From an uncultured Caldisericales bacterium (GTDB taxonomy: Bacteria > Caldisericota > Caldisericia > JAAYUI01), in assembly GCA_964639885.1 (NCBI GenBank), contig CAZXEH010000002.1:88425-152424 (forward strand): DNA of 64,000 nt. The letters are read 5' to 3'. Both the position numbers and the translations under genes were made by a program. Shown one piece after another: positions 20,950-29,360 of the stretch. A model generated the notes under the pieces. The model worked only from the letters and a program-made list of their open reading frames with translations, ran no database searches and was not told the origin of the DNA. Numbering within the stretch: position 1 is the stretch's first letter; each line of letters begins with the position of its first letter.

Positions 20950-22979
20950 CTCGCAGGAAATCTGATTGTTATTTTTTTTGTTGCACTATCGTAAGCAACT
21001 TCGGCACCCAGAGCGTTTGCCGTAAATCTGAGCGGAAGCATGGTTTTACCGCCAACAATTGCAGGATACAGTTTCTGCTTCGAATCGATCCACTGATCGG
21101 CACCGTTGATCTTCGCCTGTTTCTTTCCAATCCAAAGCTCAATGGTTTTCTTTTTGCCGTCTGGCGTGTTCTGGGTCAATGTCACTTTTTGTGTTGCAGC
21201 TTCCCAGCCGACTGTTGAGAAAAGAGCCTCCGCAACAGGACGGATTGGCATATATGTTGAACCGGCAAGGTCAGATGGAAGAGGGGGCGATGAAGCGGTT
21301 GGGGCTGAAGCAAGCGTTTGAGCTGAACTTCCGACATACATGGTCTTGTTGTCAAGCTGGAGCGAAATCTGGATGTATCTGAAGATTGTGATGGTTTTTT
21401 CAGTCGTGAGTCCGTCCAGTTCAGCAACGATTTTGAAGGTGTTATTGCCGGGGGCGATAGAAACAACCACCTTGAATTGACCTTTGGCATCAACTGATGC
21501 TGGTTTTCCCGTGACAGTTACAGTGGCACCAATTGTGGTGGATCCTTCAAAAGTGAGCGAATCTTTATCCGTTTCAGTCTGCTCTAGATTGATAGTTAGC
21601 GTCGGTGCTACCTTCGGCTTGTCCTTTTCATAGGTGAAAGAAACTGTAATCTGCGCTTCGCCACCGTTTGATTCGATGTTGATGAAACCAGATTTTGTCG
21701 ACGGTTCAATGCCTGAAACATCTGCTTTGACAGCAATTGTTTGCGATGATCCAGGTTCAACCGAGAATTCTTCTGGTGTCACCGAGATGAATGTCTCAGT
21801 GGTTGCCAGTTTTCCGGTCAGTGTCTCATTGCCTGAGTTTGTCAGAGCGAAGGTTTTTGTTGCACTTTCCTTGATCGTTCCGAATTCAATCGCTTTAGTG
21901 TCAACTGTAAGCAAAGGTGTTTTGATTGTCTCGGCAGTGAAGGCAAATGTCAGGTTGTCGCTGATTGGATGTACATCCTTTGAGAGAACACCCTTCAAGC
22001 CACCAAGCAGATAGATGACATAGTCGCCATCCTTGAGGCCACCAGTCGGCTCAATTGATACAACATTGTTGTTTGTCTTTGCTGTAAAGTCGACGGTCTC
22101 ACCCGATGAAGTCGTCAGGAGAATCGAGTTTGTTCCAACGGTTGATTTGTCGATGGCTGTATCAAATTCGAGATTGAAGGATTTTCCTGACGGAACTGGC
22201 TTTGAGAAGTCAGTTGAAACGTGTGGGGCAACATAATCCCAAACACTGTACCCATAAACCTCGAGTGTATCGGCATCCCATATGACAAAAACAAAGCCTG
22301 TGTTCTCGGAAACCCATTCTTCGTTCATTTCAAGTGTGCGTTTGATGCTCTTTCTGGTCTCGTTGCCAAAACGGAGAGAGCCGCCCTGAGCTGAAGGATC
22401 AATTAGCCTTATAACATGATTGAAAACATGCGTGCCTTCCTCAAATCCACTTTCGAATGCGAAAAAGGCATATTTGAGCTTGTCGTTTGCGAGGTTGTCA
22501 AGCCTTTCGACCGAACCAACAAAGTCAATCTTTTTCTTGTCCGAGCCTTCGGCAAATCTGCCATCAAGCTGTGCCGAGAACTGAACTTTTTTCTTCCATT
22601 CCTTTGTTATTGCGGCATCAACTTCTGCATCTGACATGCCTGTCCTGACAACGCTTCCGCCATTGAACAGCGTTGTAGGATAGCTCTTTCTGTCATACAT
22701 CTGGGCTCTTTTGCCTGATTCAACATTGTAAAGGAAGTCTATCGGGTTGCTGTGTTCCCTGAGATAAAAAATTGAGCTGGCGCCGTTTTCTGATTGAAGT
22801 TTTTCAAACCGATTCACGATCGGGTGACACTTCGTTCAGTTCGGCTCCACAAAAATTTCACACAAAGCCCTGCGTTTTGGCGCAAAGTCAGCCTTGGAGA
22901 GAGCCACAGCCGTGTGCACCATTGGAAGCACCTGAGCGACCAGGAGCATGATCAGTAGTGCAACAAACGTTCTCTTCAT
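20946..22979 (-). CDS. Secreted selenoprotein (677 aa): signal peptide, UxxC thioredoxin/Omp28-like domain, Ig-like domains, copper-amine-oxidase-N-terminal (stalk) domain
   Basis: Track ORFs 22836..23066 and 20946..22817 are in the same frame, separated only by TGA (22836-22838) plus 6 sense codons: LCEIFVEPN-U-TKCHP. AGGAGG SD and TGATG overlap at 22979; later YPTTLFNG; stalk motifs YMPIRPVAEAL and MLPLRFTANALG. Confidence 0.85.
22796..22835 (-). promoter_or_regulatory. Candidate bacterial SECIS element
   Basis: 3' of the UGA: lower stem GAAGT/ACTTC, upper stem CCGAT/ATCGG, G-containing loop CGTGA starting 17 nt after the UGA. Confidence 0.65.
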
Positions 22980-24106
22980 CAAACGACCTCCTTGTTGGTC
23001 AACGTGTATTTGATTTTTATCCTGCCCCCCAATAAAGTCAATATTTCGTAAGAAGAAGTGTTGCAAATATTTGCCAGATCAGAAACGGTGATTGATTCCC
23101 TTCCATCCTCGCCAATCAAAATAACCCTGTCCCCGACTTCTGTTGTCGGTATGTCAGTCAGGTCGATCATGAACTGATCCATGCAGATTCTGCCAAGAAT
23201 CGGTGCTTTTTTGCCACCGACCAGCACAAAACCGCCGTCTTTAAGGTTCCAGCGCCATCCGTCAGCGTAACCCACAGGAACAGTGCCAATAACTTTTACA
23301 GTGTCAGCCTTAAAGGTGCAGCCATAACCAACACAATCTCCAGGCTTCAGAATTTTCATGTCACAGACAAGCGATGTCCAGGACAGGACCGGCAGCAGAT
23401 TAACCTCATTTTCGCAAGGCGGGACACCATAAAGCATCAGCCCCGGCCTCACTGCATCGAAATGATACTCCCTGTGGTTAACCGTTGCCGCTGAATTTGC
23501 AGCGTGGATGATTGACGGATGAACTCCGAGTTCTTTTGCCTGCCCAACAATCTTGATGAATGACTCGCCCTGGAATCTGGTATATTCAGGATTTGTGTCG
23601 GCTGAGGCAAAATGGGTGAACAGTCCATCGATTTTTATCCTTGGGAGTTTGAGAACGCTTGTAATGAAATGGATTGCATCCTTTACAGCTATTCCGGCCC
23701 AGCCCATTCCGGTGTCTATCTTGATGTGAACATTGACAGGCTTGGAACTGAGACGGTTGAGCTCAACTGCAAGATCATAATCAAATATGGTTGGAGTCAG
23801 GTTGTAGTGAAGGATGTCGGCTGCATATGCAGCGTGGGTGTAGCCAAGAATCAGAATCGGAGCAACAACGCCTGCCTGTCTCAACTGTAACGCCTCTTCC
23901 GGCATCTGGACAGCAAGCCATTCAACCCCGTTTTGAATAAGGCACTGGGCAACTGCAGGAGCTCCGTGACCGTAAGCATTGGCCTTGACCACAGCGATAA
24001 TTTTCTTGCCTGAAGCGCATCTCCTCACTGTTCCGAGGTTTGAAACCAGCCGGTCAAGGTTGATTTCTGCAGTCGATGGAAGGATTTTTTCCGGTGCAAG
24101 GCTCAT
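22979..24106 (-). CDS. alr: Alanine racemase
   Basis: AVVKANAYGHG, HIKIDTGMG, VRPGLMLYG, GRICMDQ. Confidence 0.97.
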   Translation of the reverse strand: MSLAPEKILPSTAEINLDRLVSNLGTVRRCASGKKIIAVVKANAYGHGAPAVAQCLIQNGVEWLAVQMPEEALQLRQAGVVAPILILGYTHAAYAADILHYNLTPTIFDYDLAVELNRLSSKPVNVHIKIDTGMGWAGIAVKDAIHFITSVLKLPRIKIDGLFTHFASADTNPEYTRFQGESFIKIVGQAKELGVHPSIIHAANSAATVNHREYHFDAVRPGLMLYGVPPCENEVNLLPVLSWTSLVCDMKILKPGDCVGYGCTFKADTVKVIGTVPVGYADGWRWNLKDGGFVLVGGKKAPILGRICMDQFMIDLTDIPTTEVGDRVILIGEDGRESITVSDLANICNTSSYEILTLLGGRIKIKYTLTNKEVV

Positions 24107-25428
24107 TCTGAAGTAACCGTCACCCCTTCGACCCTGATTGATGGAGTGACAATATTTATCAGGTCTTCAGTGTCGCTTGTCATGCCTGTGATGTTGTTGA
24201 CGCACTGGAAAAGGTTGCCGGCAATCATGGTGCCAAGAAGCGGTGTTGTGAGCTTGCCATTTTCGATAAGATAACCACCTTTGACAATGCCAGAGAAATC
24301 ACCCGACTGATGGTCAACATTGCCTGAGAAACGCTTGATGAATACACCTTGCTTGGTGTCTCTGATCAAATTCTCAAGAGAATCATTGCCGGGCTTTACA
24401 AAAACCGTTGAGGGGCCACAACCGGGCGACATGCTTGCAGAACCGGAGGCATGACCGTTTGAAACTGCCTTGTCACGGGCTGCCGATCTGGTGTTGTAAT
24501 ACATTTCGGAGAAAACGCCGTTTTTAATCGGGAACATGGTCTTTGGCGTCAGTCCTTCACGGTCAAACTTGTAGGAACCGATTCGCCCGGGAGCCCTGCC
24601 CCAGTCTTTCAAAGTCAAATCCTTGTAAGCAACCTTTTTGCCCATCTTTCCGACAAAGTGCGAGGCTCCAAGCTGGATGCCGTCAGCCATCATCGAGTAG
24701 ATGAGTGGAGTGATGAGCACTTCCTGGAGAGCGTCTCCAAAGAAGATAACCGGGCCTTTAAAACTCTTGCCTTTTTTTGCGCCAAGGCTTTCCACCAAAC
24801 CTTTGGCAAGCTTCTCTGGAATGTTTACCAGATCGAGTGTGTCAAGGCTAGTAGTGGCGCAAACGTTGTAATCAAAAGAACCGACCACCGGACCATCGAC
24901 CGCCTGCCCCATGAAGAAGTAGACGATTCCAGTTCCTTTAGTTTCCGATGAAAGGCCTTTGCTGGAAACGATTGCGTTTTTGCCGACACTCACCGAAAAT
25001 TCACCTTCACAGGAAATTCTCTTGTCGTAAGAAGTGATGACGCCGAGGACTTCGCTTGCCAGCTTCATCGTGTCGTCGAGATCCATTTTGGCAATTCGAC
25101 TGTCATAAAGACCGGAAACAGAAGGTGTTGCCGTTGGTGCTGGCAGCATATTGGCATCTTCCTTCGGAGACGACTTGGCTATTGCAAGCGCCTCCTTCGC
25201 AGCAAAATCAATTTTGGTAAGGTCATTGACAGCCGAGAAACCGGCAGATTTATTTGAAATGATCCTTACTCCAGCCCATGAACTCGTATCCGAGCTTGCG
25301 ACATGGAGCCTGTTGTTTTGGATCGTAACCTTTATTTCTTTGCTCTCCGAGATGCATACTTCAGCATCCACCTTGTTCTTTTTTGTAATGTCCTCAACAG
25401 CCTCAGATGCGATGTCGTGTATCTTCAT
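24103..25428 (-). CDS. pmbA: PmbA/TldE family protein
   Basis: FDREG, GDFSG, GTMIAGN; lacks HExxxH; start re-set to ATG 25428 overlapping tldD stop. Confidence 0.85.
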   Translation of the reverse strand: MKIHDIASEAVEDITKKNKVDAEVCISESKEIKVTIQNNRLHVASSDTSSWAGVRIISNKSAGFSAVNDLTKIDFAAKEALAIAKSSPKEDANMLPAPTATPSVSGLYDSRIAKMDLDDTMKLASEVLGVITSYDKRISCEGEFSVSVGKNAIVSSKGLSSETKGTGIVYFFMGQAVDGPVVGSFDYNVCATTSLDTLDLVNIPEKLAKGLVESLGAKKGKSFKGPVIFFGDALQEVLITPLIYSMMADGIQLGASHFVGKMGKKVAYKDLTLKDWGRAPGRIGSYKFDREGLTPKTMFPIKNGVFSEMYYNTRSAARDKAVSNGHASGSASMSPGCGPSTVFVKPGNDSLENLIRDTKQGVFIKRFSGNVDHQSGDFSGIVKGGYLIENGKLTTPLLGTMIAGNLFQCVNNITGMTSDTEDLINIVTPSIRVEGVTVTSE

Positions 25429-26816
25429 GCCTGGCCTCCGATCATTGCCTTGCAGCGGATTGTTGGGCCGCCTCCGTCTACGGCTGCAGGCTGGCCCTTG
25501 CCGCAATAGCCTGAACCCATCGCCCACAAGAAATCGTTTCCGACCATGTCAACCGATTTGAGAACTTCGAAAGCGTCACCGGAAATTGTGGCGTTCTTGT
25601 AGAGCTTGCCAACTTTTCCGTTCTTAATTTCGTAGACTTCTTCGCAACCGAACATGAATTCAGCGTTGGAGTCAGCCTGGCCTGAACCTGGCAGGACAAT
25701 GTAGAATCCTTCCTTTGTCGAGCTGATGATCTCTTCAGGAGTGGATTTACCTGGCATGATGTAGGTGTTCCTCATGCGGATGATTGGGATGTCGGTGTAA
25801 CCCCATGCCCTTGCGTTTCCGGTAGGTTCAACCTTGAAATGGGCTGCAGTTTCGCGGTTATGGAGGTATGACCTCATCACGCCATCGACGATTATTCCCA
25901 CGTCCTTTGATTCGATGCCTTCATCGTCAATGCCGATCTGTCCAGTCGGATGGCCAACAGACATGGTGTTGGTTCCAGCGTCCTTGAGCGTGACAAGTTC
26001 AGAGGCGACCTTCTGGTTCATCTTCTGTGCTGCTATCGATCCTTGAAGAACAAAATCAGCTTCAACAGTGTGGCCGATCGCCTCATGCGACAGGATGCCG
26101 ACCATTGCCGGGTGCAAAACAACGGTGTGGAAACCACCAGGAATGTGCGGAGCTGTCAGCCTGTCAACGGCAAGCCTCACAGCCTTTTCAGCAATCTGTT
26201 CCGGTTTCTTCTTGGCAAACAGGTCATCAAGACCTCCAGATACGCCCTCTGCCTCAAAACCGCTGGTCATTTGCCCATCTTTTGCAGCAACCGTGGTTGT
26301 GTAAAACTGCGGTTTTGTGTCGAGGATGTGGACCCTTGCGCCATCAGAGGTGCAAATCCACTTTTCATCGAGAACCTCCCTGAACATAACCGAAGTGTTT
26401 GAGATGAGCGGTGAGAGCTTCTTTGCGTATTTTTCAGTGTTGATGCAAAGCTCGATTTTCTTGTCGATCGGCATCTTCCTCAGGTCATTGTTTGCCTTTA
26501 CAACAAATTCTCCTTTGGCAAGATGCTTGGTTTCAAACTTTGCAATCTTGTGCTGGTTTGATTTTGAAAGCAGCTTTGCCATCGACTGTGCGTCCGTGAG
26601 AGCTTTTGTCAGTCCTTTTACCGTCATGTCGGATGTTGAGGCAAAGCCCCATGTTCCATTGACAAGCACCCTTATTCCGGCGCCGATTGACTCCCTTGAG
26701 TTGGCATTCATGAGGATTCCGTTGCTCACGGACACCCCCCTTGTCACCCTCGATTGGATTCTTATTTCGCAAAAACCTGACGATTTTGCCAGGACTTTTT
26801 CAATCAGATCAAACAT
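25425..26816 (-). CDS. tldD: TldD metalloprotease
   Basis: HEAIGH, IDDEG, RMRNTYI, GYCGKGQ. Confidence 0.92.
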   Translation of the reverse strand: MFDLIEKVLAKSSGFCEIRIQSRVTRGVSVSNGILMNANSRESIGAGIRVLVNGTWGFASTSDMTVKGLTKALTDAQSMAKLLSKSNQHKIAKFETKHLAKGEFVVKANNDLRKMPIDKKIELCINTEKYAKKLSPLISNTSVMFREVLDEKWICTSDGARVHILDTKPQFYTTTVAAKDGQMTSGFEAEGVSGGLDDLFAKKKPEQIAEKAVRLAVDRLTAPHIPGGFHTVVLHPAMVGILSHEAIGHTVEADFVLQGSIAAQKMNQKVASELVTLKDAGTNTMSVGHPTGQIGIDDEGIESKDVGIIVDGVMRSYLHNRETAAHFKVEPTGNARAWGYTDIPIIRMRNTYIMPGKSTPEEIISSTKEGFYIVLPGSGQADSNAEFMFGCEEVYEIKNGKVGKLYKNATISGDAFEVLKSVDMVGNDFLWAMGSGYCGKGQPAAVDGGGPTIRCKAMIGGQA

Positions 26817-28185
26817 TTTGCCTCCTGACCAGTATTACAGGGGTCTGGTCGTCTTCGTTCCCTGCAGGATTGTCGGCCATCCACCCTTCGAGTGCGGCGG
26901 AATCTATTCCGTCAGTCTTTCCAACGACCCACGCGATCCCGAGATCGTTTGCGTCAACAATTGCCGTCTCTAGTCCGGTTTCAGCCTTTATCTGGCTTGC
27001 CAGCACGTCCGAATCGTATGGCCCGGGTATGACATAGTAGTCATAGGGAGCCATTGACGCAGGCATGTCATCGATCATTGCAACTTCAGGGCCAGCAACC
27101 ATGTAGAACCAGCCCTTTTTGCCGATCAGTTTTCCGAATGCACCACAAAACGCAGCAAAGAGAATCCTGAATGTGCTGGCGATCTCAATTGCCACCTGGA
27201 ACGAAAGCGGATTGGCAAGCGGCGACGTGGTTGCAAATGAATTTCTTGAGGAAGCGGTTACGAATCTGGCAAGGAATTTTGCCAGTCTTGAAGGTATGAT
27301 TGTTTCAGCCTGATAAATTCTTCCCTGCGTTATTGAGGCGACCGCCGATGCAAAAGTGACAATATCGCCGGGTTTCGCAATGTCTTTGATAGCCTCAGAA
27401 ATGACTTTTCCAGCAACATCTTCTTCAGTTATGATTTTTGTCTTCACCGGTATTTTGATTGTACCAGGTTTTGACGGGAGAGGCGGGGCAAGCTTCACTG
27501 ACTTCGCCGTTTCCGCAGACACTCTCTGGATTTCCTTGAGACATTTTGCGCCTTTGCGTCTTCTTGTACCTTCAAGCCAGATGTCCAGAGCTTTTCCACG
27601 GTTTCCACTCAGCTCATAACACTTGCCAAGCAAAACAAAATCGCTCTCGTAGAAGTTCGATGGTTCAAGCTTTTTGAACTCCTCGAAATACTTTATCGCC
27701 TCATCGTATTTTTTCAGGTCGAAAAGGATGTGCGATATTCGCTTGAGAATGTAGCGGTAGATCGAAAGGATGTCGGGTCTCAGGTTTTCCTTGCCAAGTT
27801 TTGTTCCTTCAAGATAGATCGATAGTGCTCTCTCAAGGTCTTCTGCAAAATAATAGAAGATATCGCCCATCGAAATAATATGCCAGTGTTGTTCGGGATT
27901 TGCCTTGTATGCCTTGCTGACAATTTTGTATGCTTCATCATACTTGCCGTCAAGTGAGAGTATCCTGGTAAGTTGACGAACCGCCGTAGGATACTTGCCA
28001 TATCTGCCGTCAATAACGCCTTCAAGCATCACTCTCGCATCAACGTTGTTCCCGAGTTTGCACAGTGCGTAGGCCAGAATGCCTGCGTTTTTATCGCCTA
28101 TTGACCTGAACGATTTCTTGCCAAGAAGTTCAACAATTTTTCTGAAGTCCTGCTCAGTTAGAGCTCGTTTCAATGCTGGGTTCAC
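26809..28185 (-). CDS. TPR-repeat protein fused to an F420-0:gamma-glutamyl-ligase-like domain
   Basis: N-terminal helical TPR-like repeats; C-terminal IPVKTKII, ASITQGR, AMIDD, IVDANDLG. Confidence 0.65.
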   Translation of the reverse strand: MNPALKRALTEQDFRKIVELLGKKSFRSIGDKNAGILAYALCKLGNNVDARVMLEGVIDGRYGKYPTAVRQLTRILSLDGKYDEAYKIVSKAYKANPEQHWHIISMGDIFYYFAEDLERALSIYLEGTKLGKENLRPDILSIYRYILKRISHILFDLKKYDEAIKYFEEFKKLEPSNFYESDFVLLGKCYELSGNRGKALDIWLEGTRRRKGAKCLKEIQRVSAETAKSVKLAPPLPSKPGTIKIPVKTKIITEEDVAGKVISEAIKDIAKPGDIVTFASAVASITQGRIYQAETIIPSRLAKFLARFVTASSRNSFATTSPLANPLSFQVAIEIASTFRILFAAFCGAFGKLIGKKGWFYMVAGPEVAMIDDMPASMAPYDYYVIPGPYDSDVLASQIKAETGLETAIVDANDLGIAWVVGKTDGIDSAALEGWMADNPAGNEDDQTPVILVRRQNV

Positions 28186-28723
28186 TTATTTCCTCTTCCA
28201 TGCCAGATTCGTTGATTATTTCAAACAGCCTTATTAGAACACTTTTAACGGATTCCCTATCCCTCGAAACGCAGGGCAGAACCTCTATCGAATCATCGAG
28301 ACTGAGAGCCTGTCTTATCTGTTCCGGTCTGAGTGCATTGGGGTCATCCTGTTTGTTTGCAACCACCACGCACGGTATTTTCATCTTGTGAAGGAAGAAT
28401 GCAAGATAGCGTTTGCCAAGGATGACCGACTTGTAGTCAGACGCATCGACCATGACAATCAATCCAAGAGCGCCGACAGAGAGTACATCCCACATGTAGG
28501 AAAACCTCTCCTGGCCTGGAGTCCCGAAGATGTACAAAACCAACTCTTCGTTGATCGTCAGTCTTCCAAAATCGAGAGCAACCGTTGTCTGTGTCTTTAC
28601 CACACGGCTCTCGTCAGTGACAGCTTTTTCTGTTGACACAACCGGAATCTCCGAAATTGTCTGTATCAGCGAAGTCTTGCCGGATGCAAAAGGCCCGGTG
28701 ACAAGAATCTTGACTCTTCTCAT
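28154..28723 (-). CDS. MglA/CvnD-like small GTPase
   Basis: GPFASGKTS, TTVALDFG, GTPGQERF, NKQD. Confidence 0.9.
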   Translation of the reverse strand: MRRVKILVTGPFASGKTSLIQTISEIPVVSTEKAVTDESRVVKTQTTVALDFGRLTINEELVLYIFGTPGQERFSYMWDVLSVGALGLIVMVDASDYKSVILGKRYLAFFLHKMKIPCVVVANKQDDPNALRPEQIRQALSLDDSIEVLPCVSRDRESVKSVLIRLFEIINESGMEEEISEPSIETSSN

Positions 28724-29352
28724 AATTTTCTCAGATAGTCAATGATAACGTTGATGATCGACTTTTTTTGCTTTTCAGGTTCGATCTTCTTTTCAACCTT
28801 CTGCTTGACCGACATCCTCTTGACCACTCCAACCTGCAAAAGCGAGTAGAAGACTCTCATAGTGTCAAATTCAGGCAAACCCAGCTCTTTGGAGATGTCC
28901 CCAAGGCTCCTGTTTCCATCGGTGAGTGCGATGACCCGCCACTGGTTCTTGTCAAACTCAAGACTGAACATCGTGAATTCAGGAGAGAGCGCATAAATTA
29001 TGTTGTTTGAAGGGATTTCCCTTCTCAAGGTTTCAAAGAGTTTCACCCTGCCTGAAGCCTCAAGCAGGAGCTGATCCATGGCGGTTACAATGTTTGCCTC
29101 CGGGGAGGTTTCATCGCCAACAAACCTGAAACTGCCGTCCTCAGCTTCGCAGATGAAGAAGAAGGCCTCCTTGCCACGAAGATCGTCAGCATAAGAGTTT
29201 GTGATAGTGCCATTCACAAAATAGACAGCGCAGTCGTACCTTTTTCCACCCTGTTCGATAACAAGAACGAGTTTTCCAGTCTTTTTGGAGATCCAGATGA
29301 ATTGACAAATCTCAACAACCGAAAAATCCTTTACATTTCCCGCAAGTTCCAT
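28720..29352 (-). CDS. DUF4388 (PatA_N-like) protein with C-terminal winged helix
   Basis: LAGNVKDFSVVEICQFI..KKTGKL..YFVNG..G.F.F; ALTDGNRSLGDISKELG. Confidence 0.8.
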   Translation of the reverse strand: MELAGNVKDFSVVEICQFIWISKKTGKLVLVIEQGGKRYDCAVYFVNGTITNSYADDLRGKEAFFFICEAEDGSFRFVGDETSPEANIVTAMDQLLLEASGRVKLFETLRREIPSNNIIYALSPEFTMFSLEFDKNQWRVIALTDGNRSLGDISKELGLPEFDTMRVFYSLLQVGVVKRMSVKQKVEKKIEPEKQKKSIINVIIDYLRKL

Positions 29353-29360
29353 TCATCACC

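Noticed and set aside
22836-23066. Track ORF of 76 aa as a stand-alone small protein, with 20946..22817 as a separate gene or a nonsense pseudogene
   Set aside because: Same frame, UxxC context, SECIS-like hairpin and selB/selC nearby favour Sec readthrough; the downstream GTG has no SD or signal peptide.
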